A stretch of 64,000 nt of DNA from NCBI GenBank assembly GCA_030704615.1, contig CM060734.1, positions 45,322,001 to 45,386,000 of the forward strand. The letters run 5' to 3'. Shown here piece after piece: positions 1-12,852 of the stretch; position 1 is the stretch's first letter, and each line of letters starts with the position of its first letter. A program made the position numbers and the translations under genes. The notes beneath the pieces are model-generated. The model did no database searches, was not told the origin of the DNA, and saw only the letters and a list, made by a program, of their open reading frames with translations. This DNA is from Takakia lepidozioides. Taxonomy: Eukaryota > Plantae > Bryophyta.

Positions 1-79
1 TCTCCATGTCAAGGCACATACGATCCCACTCTGCAGTCTATATGTGACCACAACAAATTACAATTAAGTGTTCAATATA

Positions 80-2060
80 TCATACGTGTACTAGAAAGCT
101 GATGCAACCTAAACATAAATTTGCATTTTGTAACTGTTGGATATGAGTATCAGGGTCACCTTGACCGGCCTCTTGTGCCGTATAAAAGTTCTTCATCTCT
201 CTGTGTTTTCTCTTAAGTACCTCGTTTTTCATACAACCAATAGTCACACCGGCAGACAATAAAGCAACAATCTGTCCAGCATGTGCTCCTTGTACATGGA
301 TATAAGGTGTAACAATATCCCCAATGGCCATGGTTGCATACCACATGAACTCCTTTTGTCACATACGCAATGCTGTAGATATCAATTTTATTTTTAGCAA
401 TGGCCTAAAATATTTGTAGATACCAGCAAACCAATTTGTATTAAACAATTTGAACCAATATATGTGCAAATTTACAAACATGTTCTCGCCAGAAGGCTCA
501 GTGCCTAATTCCCAAACATCGTAAGGTTGTTGAATGTAGTCAAATCATTGATAACAATCCCACATGTCTTTGAGTGTGCTCAAAGCGGTCGGGGATATGA
601 AAGCCTACGACGATCTACGCACACCACAATCGTGAGCTATATTAAACCATCACATAATATCGTGGACATTCCATAAACATGGAAATTATCAAAAATAATA
701 TATATTACTTATTTACGACATAAGCAATCGATGTTGCGCCAATATCCTATCGGAGATCACACCATTCGATTGCATATACAAGATATCCGCGTATTTGTGA
801 CTTTGTAAGTATGGGTATCCACACGACATGAAACTCGAAAATCTGGCCCCTACATACATATCATTTCACCATAAACTTATATTAAAATATTATTATGGTA
901 TGCAATTGAAAAATAATTAAATCCATATGATATGAGAATGGAACATTTAGTATAAGTATACTATGGTGCGTTACTAAATTAATAATTACATATGTGAATA
1001 GTTTTTAAAAACAAATTATCGTGAATAAGTTATATATATATATATATATATATGTATGATATATATATCTGTTGGAACCGACTTGGGACGCCTGTTGGAA
1101 CACGATGGATCTTGTCAGCCTCTTGTGCCATCATTTGCAAGTGTCGCATCATCTTAAGCACGGTGCGGATGATGGTATGTCTGGCGCAATATGATAGTGC
1201 ACTCATAGAGGGGGAGGGGAAAAAGATGGTCACCTATTTTTGGACGTATTTTCAATACAAATTAGCAATATAATAAAACCATGAGTAAGCAACGGTGTTT
1301 GGTTTACCATACAATACATCATACAAATGACGATTTACAAAAGCAAGTGTAGTATAATTTACGTCAAATATTGAATACTATTTAAACATTGGATGGACAA
1401 ATTACCTTGCTCGAATTATCACGATCCATAGGCCAATCTCGCAATACCTTCGCATGTGTAGCCATTTCATAGTCCGATGCCTATACAACGGCTAATGGGC
1501 TCATCGTGTGGCATCCCTTCAAGCCATGGGTTCAATTCTTGACACATCGTATCAACTTACATATTATACATGAAAATGACGAGGTAGAGACTTCATTGAT
1601 TTATATAGAATTTATCATTCGATATGTTATTCACATCATACATATAGGTAAATTGTATGATGAATTTATCGACACGTACCATAATGATGCGAACTCGAGT
1701 GACATACCGAGTTGACACAGACAAAATGGTGTCAAAAGGCTCAACCACATGTAAGTGAGTGATGTAGCTGGAAGTGACTTTGATAACGCTACACCAAGGG
1801 CAAAACGATGTGCCAATGGCGGAGACCTCACCTTTGCAAACGAGAACGTATATACAATGTAGATTCTGACACTCCACAAGAGTGAAGCGTACATGTCCAT
1901 CAGACATGCTCAGTCCATGTGTCATAAGTTCCCCCAACTGGTCGAAAAGATGGTATTCATCCGGAAATGCCTCCATATTGGCAATATTACAAAGCTATTC
2001 ATTATCAAATTGGTGTGGGAAGTCTCATGTACGCAATTTGTCTGTACAAAGCCGTAAATA
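80..2060 (-). pseudogene. Decayed multi-exon DDE transposase, RAG1/Transib-like
   Basis: Ordered motifs on the minus strand: IIYLRLCTD (D at 2040-2042), ECQ(N)LH..SFCPWC (1791-1865), YCARHTIIR (~1160-1190), SNGVISDRIL (~740-770), ALSTLKDMWDCY (~550-590), IVTPYIHVQGAH and IGCMKNEVL(K)RKH (200-320). In-frame stops and G>A changes at the putative catalytic codons. Confidence 0.65.
1031..1068. repeat. (TA)n microsatellite
   Basis: Directly visible TA run, interrupted near its end. Confidence 0.9.
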
Positions 2061-2804
2061 TATTATGCATAAGTTGTGAGGATTATGAGTTGGTTTTTAG
2101 CTAACCTTATGCATCTACATTAGATCGAAATAAATTTTTCTATTGTCTAAGATGCAAAATTGACATTGAACTGTGACAGATATTGGGCGGTTCGCTTTCA
2201 AGAGGCGACTGTCTTTTTTTTCGAACTTTGGAAACAAGATCATGGTGATGAATTTGTCATGAGCCAACTTGATGCATGGCCTTGCCATAAGCTCCATATG
2301 GAAGAAGTCAAGAAAAAGCTTTTGTTGGGACAAAGTTTATCATGGCTTGAACTAGACCTCTCTCCATGGATGTTATCGTCCTATGTGCCTTTATGGCCCA
2401 TAAAGAAAGGGGGCTATTTTCCCCCCTCCTCAAGGGCCTGAATTGTAGGCCGTCACTACCAGGTTTAATTTATTACCTAAATAAATAAATAAACATGTAT
2501 GGGAAAAAAAACAAGAAAATAATAATAATAATAATAGTATATGATGTGGATAGGCTAATTTTTTGAGTTTGTTTGATCATTTTTGCAATGTCTAATTTCC
2601 TTAAAATTGAAATGTTTGAATCTCATCAGTCATGTGTATGATATATTTTATTAAAATCTGTTTATTTTATTGGTTATAGTATCAGGGACCGGGGTTGATA
2701 TATGGAATAATATCACTTAAGATATATTAGTCTCAACTGTGACATCTGATGAAGAAATGAAAAACATGATTTACCTATGTCAAAGCGATATTGAAAATTT
2801 GAAC

Positions 2805-3030
2805 CAACATTCAGTAGCTCAGTTGGTAAAGTGCACTGAGTGCCATCCGGATGACCCTGGGTCAAATCCTGCTACTTGACGGGTGTGGTACGCTCTTCTC
2901 CCCCTTCTCTACGCAGTGTCGCATCAGAAAGCCTTACCGCGAGGTTACTGATAGGTTATTTTCTCCTCTCTCTATCAAGGGGCCTGATTTGTGAGCTCTC
3001 AGGTGTTTCCCTTTAAAAAAATAAAAATAA
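2805..3030 (+). mobile_element. tRNA-derived SINE
   Basis: A-box TAGCTCAGTTGG (2815-2826), B-box-like GGGTCAAATCC (2859-2869) and an A-rich tail. The tail GGGCCTGATTTGTGAGCT..CAGGTGTTTCC recurs at ~2425-2465, 14818-14885, 15315-15375 (-) and 42560-42615 (-). Confidence 0.7.
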
Positions 3031-3150
3031 ATTGGGGAACTTTATATACTAACTTGGGACCAGTCTCTCTTTCAAACTATGAAAAATTGGATTTCTTAGC
3101 CCTGATTGGTATGTTCCGAAGTCAATATATAGGCCAACACTGGTCAAGAC

Positions 3151-3977
3151 CAGTGTTGTGCGGGTATATTATTTTAAACATACCCTCCGGGTCGGGGTAA
3201 GAAGAAAATTTATTTTGTCTTACTCTCCGGTCCGGGTGTACTATATTTTCAAAATTATATTTACCCTCCGGATAAGGATATATTACTGCTGGTGCAATCT
3301 GAAGGGTATAAATAAATAGTAAAAATCCTCATTTATACCTTATGGATATAAATAAATACATGATATAGTTAAATAGATTTATTTCTATTCATTATCCAGT
3401 TATATATTCAATATATATGAGTGATATGCTTAACAATGCTTGCAATATTGATAAAATAATCCAGGGATAACGTACATAACACAACTTTATGAGCTTCAAA
3501 AACTAAAGGACTTAGAGGACTTAGGACTTAGAGCACAAGTGACTTTGGAAGCACCACAAGAGGGGTTGATTATGTAAGTGCCACAAGAGATTGGCCGGGG
3601 GTTGGCGGAGTTTGAACACATGGTGGGTGGATGCAGAGCGGTGGGCCCATCAATGACCAACTGAGGTGGTTGAGTGGGTTACCTGCAGCAGGGTTGGAGC
3701 AAGGCTGGAACCAATTGGAGAAAGGGTTAGGATGGGATAATGATTTACCCTCTGGGGATATACCCTTTGATTTGAACCTTACCCCCCTCCAGGACAGGGT
3801 ATATCGACACCCAAATAGCCCGGTTATGTACAGAGTAAAGGTAATTATCTGATAATTACCCTCCGGTTATATTCTAATGGCGGGTAAGTAAAACCGCCGG
3901 GTCCGGTTATAGTCAAATGGTTATACCCTGATATACTCGGCGGGTATACCTGTAAATGATATACCCGCACAACACTA
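3151..3977. mobile_element. Non-autonomous hAT DNA transposon
   Basis: TIRs CAGTGTTGTGCGGGTATAT / ATATACCCGCACAACACTA, a perfect 8-bp TSD GTCAAGAC (3143-3150, 3978-3985) and subterminal TACCCTCCGG repeats. Confidence 0.9.
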
Positions 3978-5349
3978 GTCAAGACCACCAGGCCATTTAT
4001 ATCTTTTTCCTACCCAAAATTCTAATTGCTACCAAATTAGAAGAGGTGGCATGCAATGAAGTGCAATAATGATATTACTGGTCGCGTTGTAGCTTTACAA
4101 AATGTGTGTGAATGCCAAAATATCTCCATTGCTACCAGATTGACACCAATCATACAAGCCTTTCACATAATACCCGTGCAAATGTAGAGCAAATTTCCGA
4201 AACACCAAACCTACGATCATGTATCGTAAAGTGACGATAGGAGCCAAACATAAAGATGGTATCAAGATGATATTGATTAGGTTGACTGATATGATAGATT
4301 AATACCAAGGTTAACATCTCACTAGTTCATATCTGAGGTTGGACCTAATACCAGATCAACACTCATGCAACTCAATACACAAATGAGGATAAAAAATTCA
4401 AATGTTCAACGAAGAATATTGACAACAACTGTAGAAGGGATGAAGACTCTTTCCGAAGCAAACCTGACTTATGGTGCCACTTCACTACTCCATTTTCATT
4501 TTGAAAGTGGACACCTTCTAATAGCTATACTGGAACAACGCGGTCGCCCAAACCTCCCCCAAGGACTCGAAAGTCCCTAGATACCTACACATTAAATAAC
4601 CGGTTGACCTAGGTACCCATTTTACTAGAGAGAGCATTGGGAATAATGCAAGAACTTAATGCATACATGCGATCAAAGATAGGACGGTACGCCGATTTTT
4701 GGCATGTCAAATCTTTCCCAACCCCCTCTAGAGAGTGAGATGGAACTAAAGGGAGTGTAACTGTAATCGAGGTAACAGTGGGTTACACGGAAGGGAGTGT
4801 AACTCTACTCGGTGTAAGTCCCATCTGGTCTTGAAATTTGGCTAGGTCCAGATTTGGCTAAGCATAAAATTTCCATTTTATCCTTCTTATTGGACATACA
4901 AAGGAGCCACGAGGGAATTTGGTCCTCAAATTTGGAGCTCTCCTTGGATGGTTTGTGAATATGGAGATCATCCCCTCAGGAAAATAATAAATTTGGAATT
5001 GACCTTGGTCAAACTACATTTTTCCAATAATATTTGTTTGAAGTTGAAAAAACTACAATGCATTTTTGTTATAATCTGCTTATCCCCACTCTCAAAATGC
5101 TCCCACCACGCTTAGGGGTTAACCCTTAAGTGCCAAAGCGACCCAAAACGGGTCGGTTAGGTTTCTTTAATCGCCCAATTTTTACTAGAATTAACTCCAC
5201 TTTGAATCGCGGAGAGGCACCTTTGCTAGGATTGGTGGGGGAAACATCCTCTCTCTGCAGCTTGACCCCAAAGACTGGAGCTGGAAATTCAACAACCGGC
5301 CAGTCCCCTTCTTTGCTTACGCGGCAAAGAAAGCTTACAGAGCCATGAT

Positions 5350-6430
5350 GGATGCCACCCCACTTATGAAAAAGTGGAAAGATAGATGGGGTCACTGGGG
5401 TTTCCATGAGGAGAACTGGAAGAGCGGTTGTTTGGGAAAAATGCAAGCCAGCCAAAATTAGTGCCTTTCTTTGGCAGGTTGCCAACATGGTATTGAAGGT
5501 GGGCCAATTCCTTAATTTCCAAGAGGTCATTCTGTGCATTTGCTGCTCAATCAACACGATTGAAACGCTAGAGCACTGTCTCCTGAATTGCCAAGCGCCC
5601 ACAACTATTTGGCCTCTAGTTCTTCAATTCTATAACATCTGGGAGAGCATGCCGGCCCAGCCCATCACTCTCCTCCTCAACTATGACAGGGGTAAAAAAT
5701 CTAAAGCCCAGGGATGCCCTGTCTTTGAAGTTCTTAGATATTCCACCCTGTGGCAATTGTGGAAAGCAAGGTGAGCATGGTCCCTTCAAAAGAAAAACAT
5801 TACCACCACGACTACTCACCCTGATTTTCTTTGATCTCACTGTAGCTGCTAAGAAGGCATGGCTGGTTTTGTGTGCCGCAGTCCAGAGACACCCAGGTCG
5901 TCAGCACTCACTCCTCACCGCCTTCCGATCAACTTGGGATTGGCGAGGACACATCTGCACATGTGTTGATGAGCACTCTTGTGCCTGGCCCGAAGGAATT
6001 CCCCCACTATGGCAACAACGCAGATCACTCCTATTCGGCTTCCCCAGAGTTCGACCTGTCTGACATTAACTGGAAGCGCATCAAGGGTCCTCCAAATCTA
6101 AGTTACATTTTCATAGATAGTTTAAGAGGCCCCTATGTGGCCCTTCTGGCTGCCCCTCTCGTTCTGCCTGTGGCTCTTCAATCAGCCTACCCAATTGGGC
6201 TGGTTGTAAGTTGTAAGCCTTATGGCCTTCTAGGTAAGTCACACTACTAGAGTGAGCCCCTCATAAAGGTAGTGCCTCTTCCCTATGTTTCCCTCCACAC
6301 TGGGCTACACCAAACAAGGTCTTGTGAGTACATTGTACATTCCTTACTCATGGCCTTCTTCCGCTTAGTTTTTCCTGGACTCCCTTCATATGATTTACCG
6401 GAGGGCCTCCGTCCCCTTTCTAAAATTCTT
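5350..6430 (+). mobile_element. L1-type LINE 3' fragment (zf-RVT region plus 3' UTR)
   Basis: ORF 5406-5774 reads VWEKCKPAKISAFLWQV..CICC..ETLEHCLLNC..LWQLWKAR, typical of the C-terminus of plant L1 ORF2. It is interrupted by a stop. Confidence 0.75.
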
Positions 6431-6780
6431 AAGAATACAGAAAGAAGAACAGTGTCTAATGCCTTAAGTTCAAAGAATAGGAGCTCTTTGGTCTTCAGAC
6501 TGGCCTGGACTCACTTAGTCATATGAACCTTGTGATCGGAGGTTTCCCCACCTCAGTTCTAACCAGTATTTTTTTCCCATGTTCGTTCGTGCAGATCGAA
6601 TCAACTTTGGGAATTCACCTGGATTCCATTCAATCGAAACCCATCGAATCGAATCATCTCAACATCTTGTTTCTGCCGAGGAAAACTGTGTGTATTGAGA
6701 CTCACTATTTTACAAGTTTGGAGGTTGCTTTGGCAACTCCAAAAGAATCTATGAGTTCGTTGTCTGTTCTGTTCCCACTG

Positions 6781-9517
6781 TTATTGATGGGAGCTTAAAC
6801 TGGAGTTGGCCACTAGCTGTAGTCCAGAAGGGTCGTCTTGGCACACCCTCAGATATGGTACCACCTCTTTCACATCCTTTCTATCCAAAGAATTCTCATA
6901 TGGGCATGAGAATTGTGTGGCGGCCGCCTGGTAACACGTATCCACTGCTTGATTTCTTGAACAACTTGGTGCCCCATAGTTGTTGTTTGAATCGTAGTTG
7001 ATAATCCAAGGTTGAAGACCCCCGTAGCCTTGTGCAACGGATCCAAAAGTGGACGTAGGCGTGGTGAGCAAAGAATCTGATAGACTGAGACAAAGCATCT
7101 CGACTAATGCTCTAAGATCCACATCCGTATTACCAAATGTTTGCAGACCTTCCTGGGAAAGTTGAACTAGCTCAATCGATTTCATCGCGTTGGAGGCGGT
7201 TGGATCTCCAGCTGCAGCACTTATATTATAGTACTGATCGAGATGGTCGTGGAAGCCGCTGTAGAGAGACGTAATGAACACAACCACCTGTTTTAATAGC
7301 AACGTTGAGGCGAGTTCGTGACCAATTCTATGAAACAGATTCTGTTTTTCTAAATACAGAATGCAGAATCTCTCAACTGGTGATCGTGTCCGATTAGCAA
7401 TAATGTATGCAAGCTTCTCTACGATGGAACCCATAATCATGACAGTAAGTTACTTCACATGATCTACCACACATCCTTCGGCGTCCATCAGCAATTATTG
7501 AAAGGCGCGACGATAAATTTTGTTTTTGTTGGAAGAAATCTTGAGGTAGAATGCCGGATTAAATGTCTTACCTTCTCGCTGAACCCGGCAGAGAAATTGG
7601 ATCCGTTGTTGCTGGGAAAATCGATTGCTTGCAATGCAGGTAAGAGGTTTTGTTGAATGGCACAGCTTGTGACCCGCTCATTCACAACATCATGGAGGGA
7701 GTTGTACATATCCCGGCCATGGAGAAACCTCATCTGCACCCCTACAACCCTGTCGGCTTTCGCAAAATGTTCTTGGTGAACTCTTTTCACCATCTCCCAT
7801 GCTGGATCCACTGGAAGTATTAAATACCTGCAAATCGCTCAAAGCGAGAGATATGGGTGAAGGATCTCAATAATAAGTCGCCAAGTTTCCTGGAAAACCT
7901 CGGATAGATGAAACAATATTTGGAAGACAATTCGGTACTCAATTTTAGTATACATGTCCACACGGAACGGAGTAGTCTTTCGGGGTGAAGTGGTCTCTCT
8001 CTAGTGCACAACATCGTGCATAGCACCCATACTCCATGGTATCATAGAGGACATTGACTTCACTAAATTGTGAGAGCTGTCTGGACAAAGATTGAGATAC
8101 GAGCCATAACCTAAATTATGTGACGTCCCCGTTTCATTTTAAGAGTTTCAACATTTTCAAGATGAGCATGAAAAAGTTCTGTCAGCTGTGAATGATTCTG
8201 AAGAGACTGCGCAATTTTGATTTTGCAACAATCTGGTCTACCAATTGAGAATTTCAAACTGTAACAGATTTCTCGAGAAACGATGTACCGTGAAACAAAC
8301 ACAGAGTCTAATGTGTACATATAGGTACCCTCAAAGTTTTGTAAGAGCTTTCATTGGGTCCGGATGGTCTTGACTTACCTCAGGAGGGGCGTGAGAGGGA
8401 CTCGATCCGCAAAAAGTTCCTCCAAGGCAGGACGGAACGCAGGAATAGTAAAGAGGGAGGGGAGGAAATACAGGCAGCCCCGATCCAGATTCAGCCATTG
8501 GACCTGCTCCAAAAATCTCTGCTCCGTGTCACAGAAAAATCTTGTCACTGGGCGACATTCCCATCCATCATTCAGCCGTACTGCATGGAAACTCGGATCA
8601 GACGACGTTAAATTGTTAATCGTGAGCGGCTCAGCGTTGACAACCATTCGAAGCCTCCTTGAATCTGCTCTCTGAGTACCAACTTCCTTTGAAGATACAT
8701 TTCTCTCCATTACTGAAGCATCCCATGTTTGGAAGAAGGGAGCCGCATCCACCCATTCGTCTTTGTGGGTAGCTTGGCGAGAAGAAATGCCAGCCGACGA
8801 ATAAGGAAAATCTGAAGGAGCCTGCCATGAGGACCCTGGGAAGGGCTCACAGAGAACTTGGTGCACAGTAGATCTCGTATCAACTAAAAGTACACGCTGC
8901 GTAAGAATAGCATAAACAAAATTTGAAAGCAGCCACAGAAGCCGATTCCCTAGCCCGCCTACGAATTCGACCACGAGGAAACTGCAGCCTTCAATGGCAT
9001 CTTTAGAATGAAACAGGTCCACCAGACTTCCTGCAGTACGTTGAGTGCAGGTTCGATGTAGATTCTCATATTCCCTTAGGATAGCTGTCAGCTTTGAGGA
9101 GTAACCAGCATCTGAATGGACTTTCCCGTGCTTCCTCGCGAAGAATAATGGAAACTCGCGCCGACTGTGACAGGGATAAGTGGCCTCCCACTCAAGCCTC
9201 TCACTCTCTGACAGGTCTTTTCCAGGCACACCCCCCGCCGCCTTGACTGCTTCCTGAAGCTTTTGTAGCAGAACTTCTGCAGGGGTAGGCATTGGCGCAA
9301 GACCATATTCGACCAAAAGCCCCCATCTATTGAGATATCCAGTAGCCAGCCATTTAGGCTCTATCGAGAAAACTCTAGAGACGCAAAGTGTGCTGGCCAG
9401 ACAGATGAACGATAATGTAAGATGCACTGCGTACTTCCTAAGTATGCTCGTATAATTAATTCCGATAGTCCACTTGACTCCAGCTTTAAGTTTTAGTTTG
9501 TTGATTGCTACCACCAT
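6781..9517 (-). CDS. Xyloglucan (galactoside 2-alpha-L-) fucosyltransferase, GT37; exons 9517-8379, 7827-7572, 7341-6781 (~651 aa)
   Basis: N-terminal TM segment and motifs GGLGNRLL, LTQRVLLVD, LCEPFPGSSW, VGVQMRF, STFGSVAQGYGGLQPW. GT-AG junctions are phase-consistent (LLR/YLILP, SEK/NLF). Confidence 0.9.
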
Positions 9518-10699
9518 TGCGGCCAAGCTCTGATCTCTAAATATATTTAAGTCATAAATGTGTGCCGATTAATCTAGATCTGTACCCGATTCGTTGATGT
9601 CTTCAGAGGGAAAATTGTGCACACTAAACTTGAGGCTATTTGAATAAAAGATCGTGGGTCCCCGTCCCAGCTTTTCGATCCGTGATAGAATCTTAATTAT
9701 ATGTATCTAGCACAGTTTTCTGTGAACTCCGAACTCAGATCGGCCTGCAAGCTTTAGAGCTCCATACTCCTGCAGGAAATCCTGAATATATGCTAGACAA
9801 AACTTGAATTCTAAGGAACTTACAAGATCATCTATGAACCAATTGGTAGCTGGGCTTAGCAGAACTAGAAGCTATACTGCCCGTGAATTCCTGCATCGTC
9901 ATAGCCAATGGGTGATCAGGAACTGCACTCAAAGATAGCTCGGTTTCTGAAACGTAGATGTCCGCGATGGAGACAGAAAGTGAGCAAGGATCAGCATCAG
10001 ATGGTGCGAGGGACAACCTCAAATCATCTTATCTAATCTAAAATCTATGGGGGAAAGATATACCAAAAGATGTACCGTTGGCAGCTGGGATCCTGGATTA
10101 TGATTGTGCATCAGATCAAATGTTTGTCAAACAGCAATAACTACAGACCAGTGTGAACTGATCAAGGGCACTCTGCAAGAGGAGCACAGAGCGAGCACAG
10201 AGCTGTAGTTTTTGGAGGCAGGCATCAGAAGAAATATTATTCAGATGGCGCGACGCACCTTCGAAAGTTTCTTACGACTTCAGAACTTTGAAACACTGAT
10301 CATAGTTGGAAATGTGATCTAATCTTGAACAAGAAGCCCAACAGTAAGCTGATAGGAAGCTGATTCAGGAACGGTCAGACCCACAGCCTAGAGGAGTAGA
10401 TCTACAACGTTATACAATGCCTGTACTCTGTACACGCTACTCAGCTGGTTACCACGTTCCCTCCAGGCAACGCTAAGTCCTCTCCCTCCCTCGCATGCTG
10501 ATTCCTCAATCCACCCTCCAGCCGGGAGAGGGTCAAAGACGTGCGCAACGTATTTCCCAGCATCACGCGCCCTTGACCTTTAGAAAGTTGGTATGCATAC
10601 AAGCTACGTGTTGCAAACGCTTGCAGATTGTGGGCCCGGGCTTGTGAGTCCAAGGAAGGTGAACAGCCCATTTTCCACAATTCTGCTTTCCCCGCGTTG

Positions 10700-10900
10700 C
10701 AGTGCATCTGTGTCGGAAAATACGTCTTGGAGATGCCTTCGGGGCATCTTCCGCAACATGGCTGCCAAGTTCTCCACGCAGCTCGTCAAGCCCACATTAC
10801 CTACCTACCCCCATCGTCTCGCAACACGACAAGCAGCCCGCCCTGCTCGGGACATGGGCAGCCGTTGCAGCAGCTCCACAACCAACCCCAACCCTCCTTC
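10700..10900 (-). pseudogene. Possible F-box gene fragment
   Basis: VVELLQRLPMSRAGRAACRVARRW resembles the F-box consensus. It is followed by a stop and lies next to a MITE. Confidence 0.3.
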
Positions 10901-10937
10901 CACAACGTCATACACATATACACGTCGTACACATATC

Positions 10938-11515
10938 CCGTAGTGGAATAGCCGGTTAGGCCTAATAATTATTTTTGGGGCCATTTGGCAGTTAGGCACT
11001 TTGGAGATTTTTTTTAAAATTAGGCATCTTGGATGTGTAATTTTTTCAAAATTAGGCAACTAAAGATAATGATCACAAAATGAAAACACAAAAATATAAA
11101 AATACAGCCGCAGCATGGATGAAAATTGAAAACTGAGTCCATGGATGACGTTTTAAATGAAAACTCAGCCGCGGCCATGGATGCAAATTGAAAACCGAGT
11201 CCATGGATGACATTTTAAATGAATATCACTTTAAATGGATATTATTTTTTTATTTTGATTTCTATTTTATACTTTTTTCTAATTTATATCCAAGTTTTTA
11301 TACCATAGGCACTTTTAGAGAAATTTTTGAAAATGATTGTGATATGCAATGCACTCATTGTATCAAGCTTAACATCACTGGGCTGCAGAAATATTTCAGT
11401 GTACTTACTCTTTGAAGATAATTTTTTAAATTAGGCACTCTTGTCAAAAATAATTTATTTTGATTAGGCACTTTTTTTTTAATTAATTTCTGCCTAACCG
11501 GCTATCCCACTACGG
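10938..11515. mobile_element. MITE / non-autonomous TIR element
   Basis: 24-bp TIRs CCGTAGTGGAATAGCCGGTTAGGC / GCCTAACCGGCTATCCCACTACGG, an AT-rich core with repeated TTAGGCA, and an internal tandem duplication at ~11100-11220. Confidence 0.8.
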
Positions 11516-12554
11516 TATGTGGGCACACTGCTTTTAGTCCAGCCTTGTTCTTTTCATGTTTAAGTTTTGCAAGTGCTATTGAAGTATAGGTAGGTAGAAA
11601 AGCCTGCCGGTAGTAGGTATTGGCCTGCTTGCGGAGTATTGTAGATGAACTTGGAGCTTACTTGAGGGGGAATGCCCGGCCCAAGGTTATTCACGGACGT
11701 TAGGTCCGGCACGAGGACGGGACCGAGGGCCGGTCCAAACGCCAGTGAATGGCCGCGCCCCAGGCACTCCCCGACCGTGGCGCCCGTTTGGCCAACGTGT
11801 CGCTCAGCCTCCATTTGCACCGGAAGATTGTTGTGGAAGGTGGTGCTACACCGGAAGGTTTTACAAGTGGCGGTTCATAGGCACTCTGTCCCGGAAGGTT
11901 GTAGCGGAAGGTGGTACCGCAAGCGGAAGGTCCCACACGCGTTACGTGCAAGGTGATTGTTAGAATAGAATGCATCTTGGTTGTAGATATGGTCGATAGG
12001 CATGGTGGACAGGCCTACTCCCAATTAATTTGCCATTTTTGTAACTGACAGCCAAACCGGAGACGATTACATAAGTACCCAAGAACAGTTCAGAGAAAAA
12101 TTGAAGGTCAAGGAAGTCCGGGTGGGAGTGGCCAATAGGGAGGGAGGAACAAGGTGCCGTACAGCAGCAATGGGATGAGTGTGAAGGAATGCATTTGTGG
12201 ATTTTCTTTCTCAATATTTTAAGATGGCCAAAATGCTTGAGAATTTAGAGTATACTCATCCCTCCATCTATTGTCTAACATTCCATCGTGCAACTTTCGC
12301 CCCAAATGGTTTTTATAGGAATTACCTCCTACAATGTATTGTGTCAGGGGGGTTGGTATCGTGTGGGGGTTGTGAGCACAGCATGAACATGCTCATGTAA
12401 GCACGGCGTGAGCACAACCCATGGTCATGGGGTTTTATGTTTTTAAACCTCAGTCAAAGGAGTTATATGTTTCCAAAACAAAAAAGAAACCATAAGCGGA
12501 TATAGAGGACTGGTGCGTTTATAGGGTACAACTGCGTCAACTCAACTCGATATA

Positions 12555-12852
12555 CTGCCGTAGAGTCCTTCGATGCCGTAGAGTCCTTCGATGTCCGGCG
12601 CATTGCTGCCGAATATTTAATTATTTCAGAGAAAGTAGGTCCGCCACCTAAATTTAGATTTTTACAATTTTTGAACAAGTTGGTCACATTCATTTAAATT
12701 ACCTCTAGGGAGGTAATTAGGGTATATCCTCTAGAGAATAACCCTAACGCGGAATTCTTTATCGCTTCGACATTGAGGTCATTACTTTCCTGAATATTTC
12801 AGATAAACAAAATTTTGAATTAATAAACGCCGGACATCGAAGGATTCTAGAG
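12555..12852. mobile_element. MITE (Tc1/mariner-like, TA flanks)
   Basis: AGAGTCCTTCGATGTCCGGCG is inverted to CGCCGGACATCGAAGGATTCT. The left end has an 18-bp tandem duplication, and TA is present on both flanks. Confidence 0.6.

Noticed and set aside
2805-2875. Functional tRNA gene
   Set aside because: A and B boxes are present, but I could not fold acceptor and anticodon stems. It continues into a repeated SINE tail.
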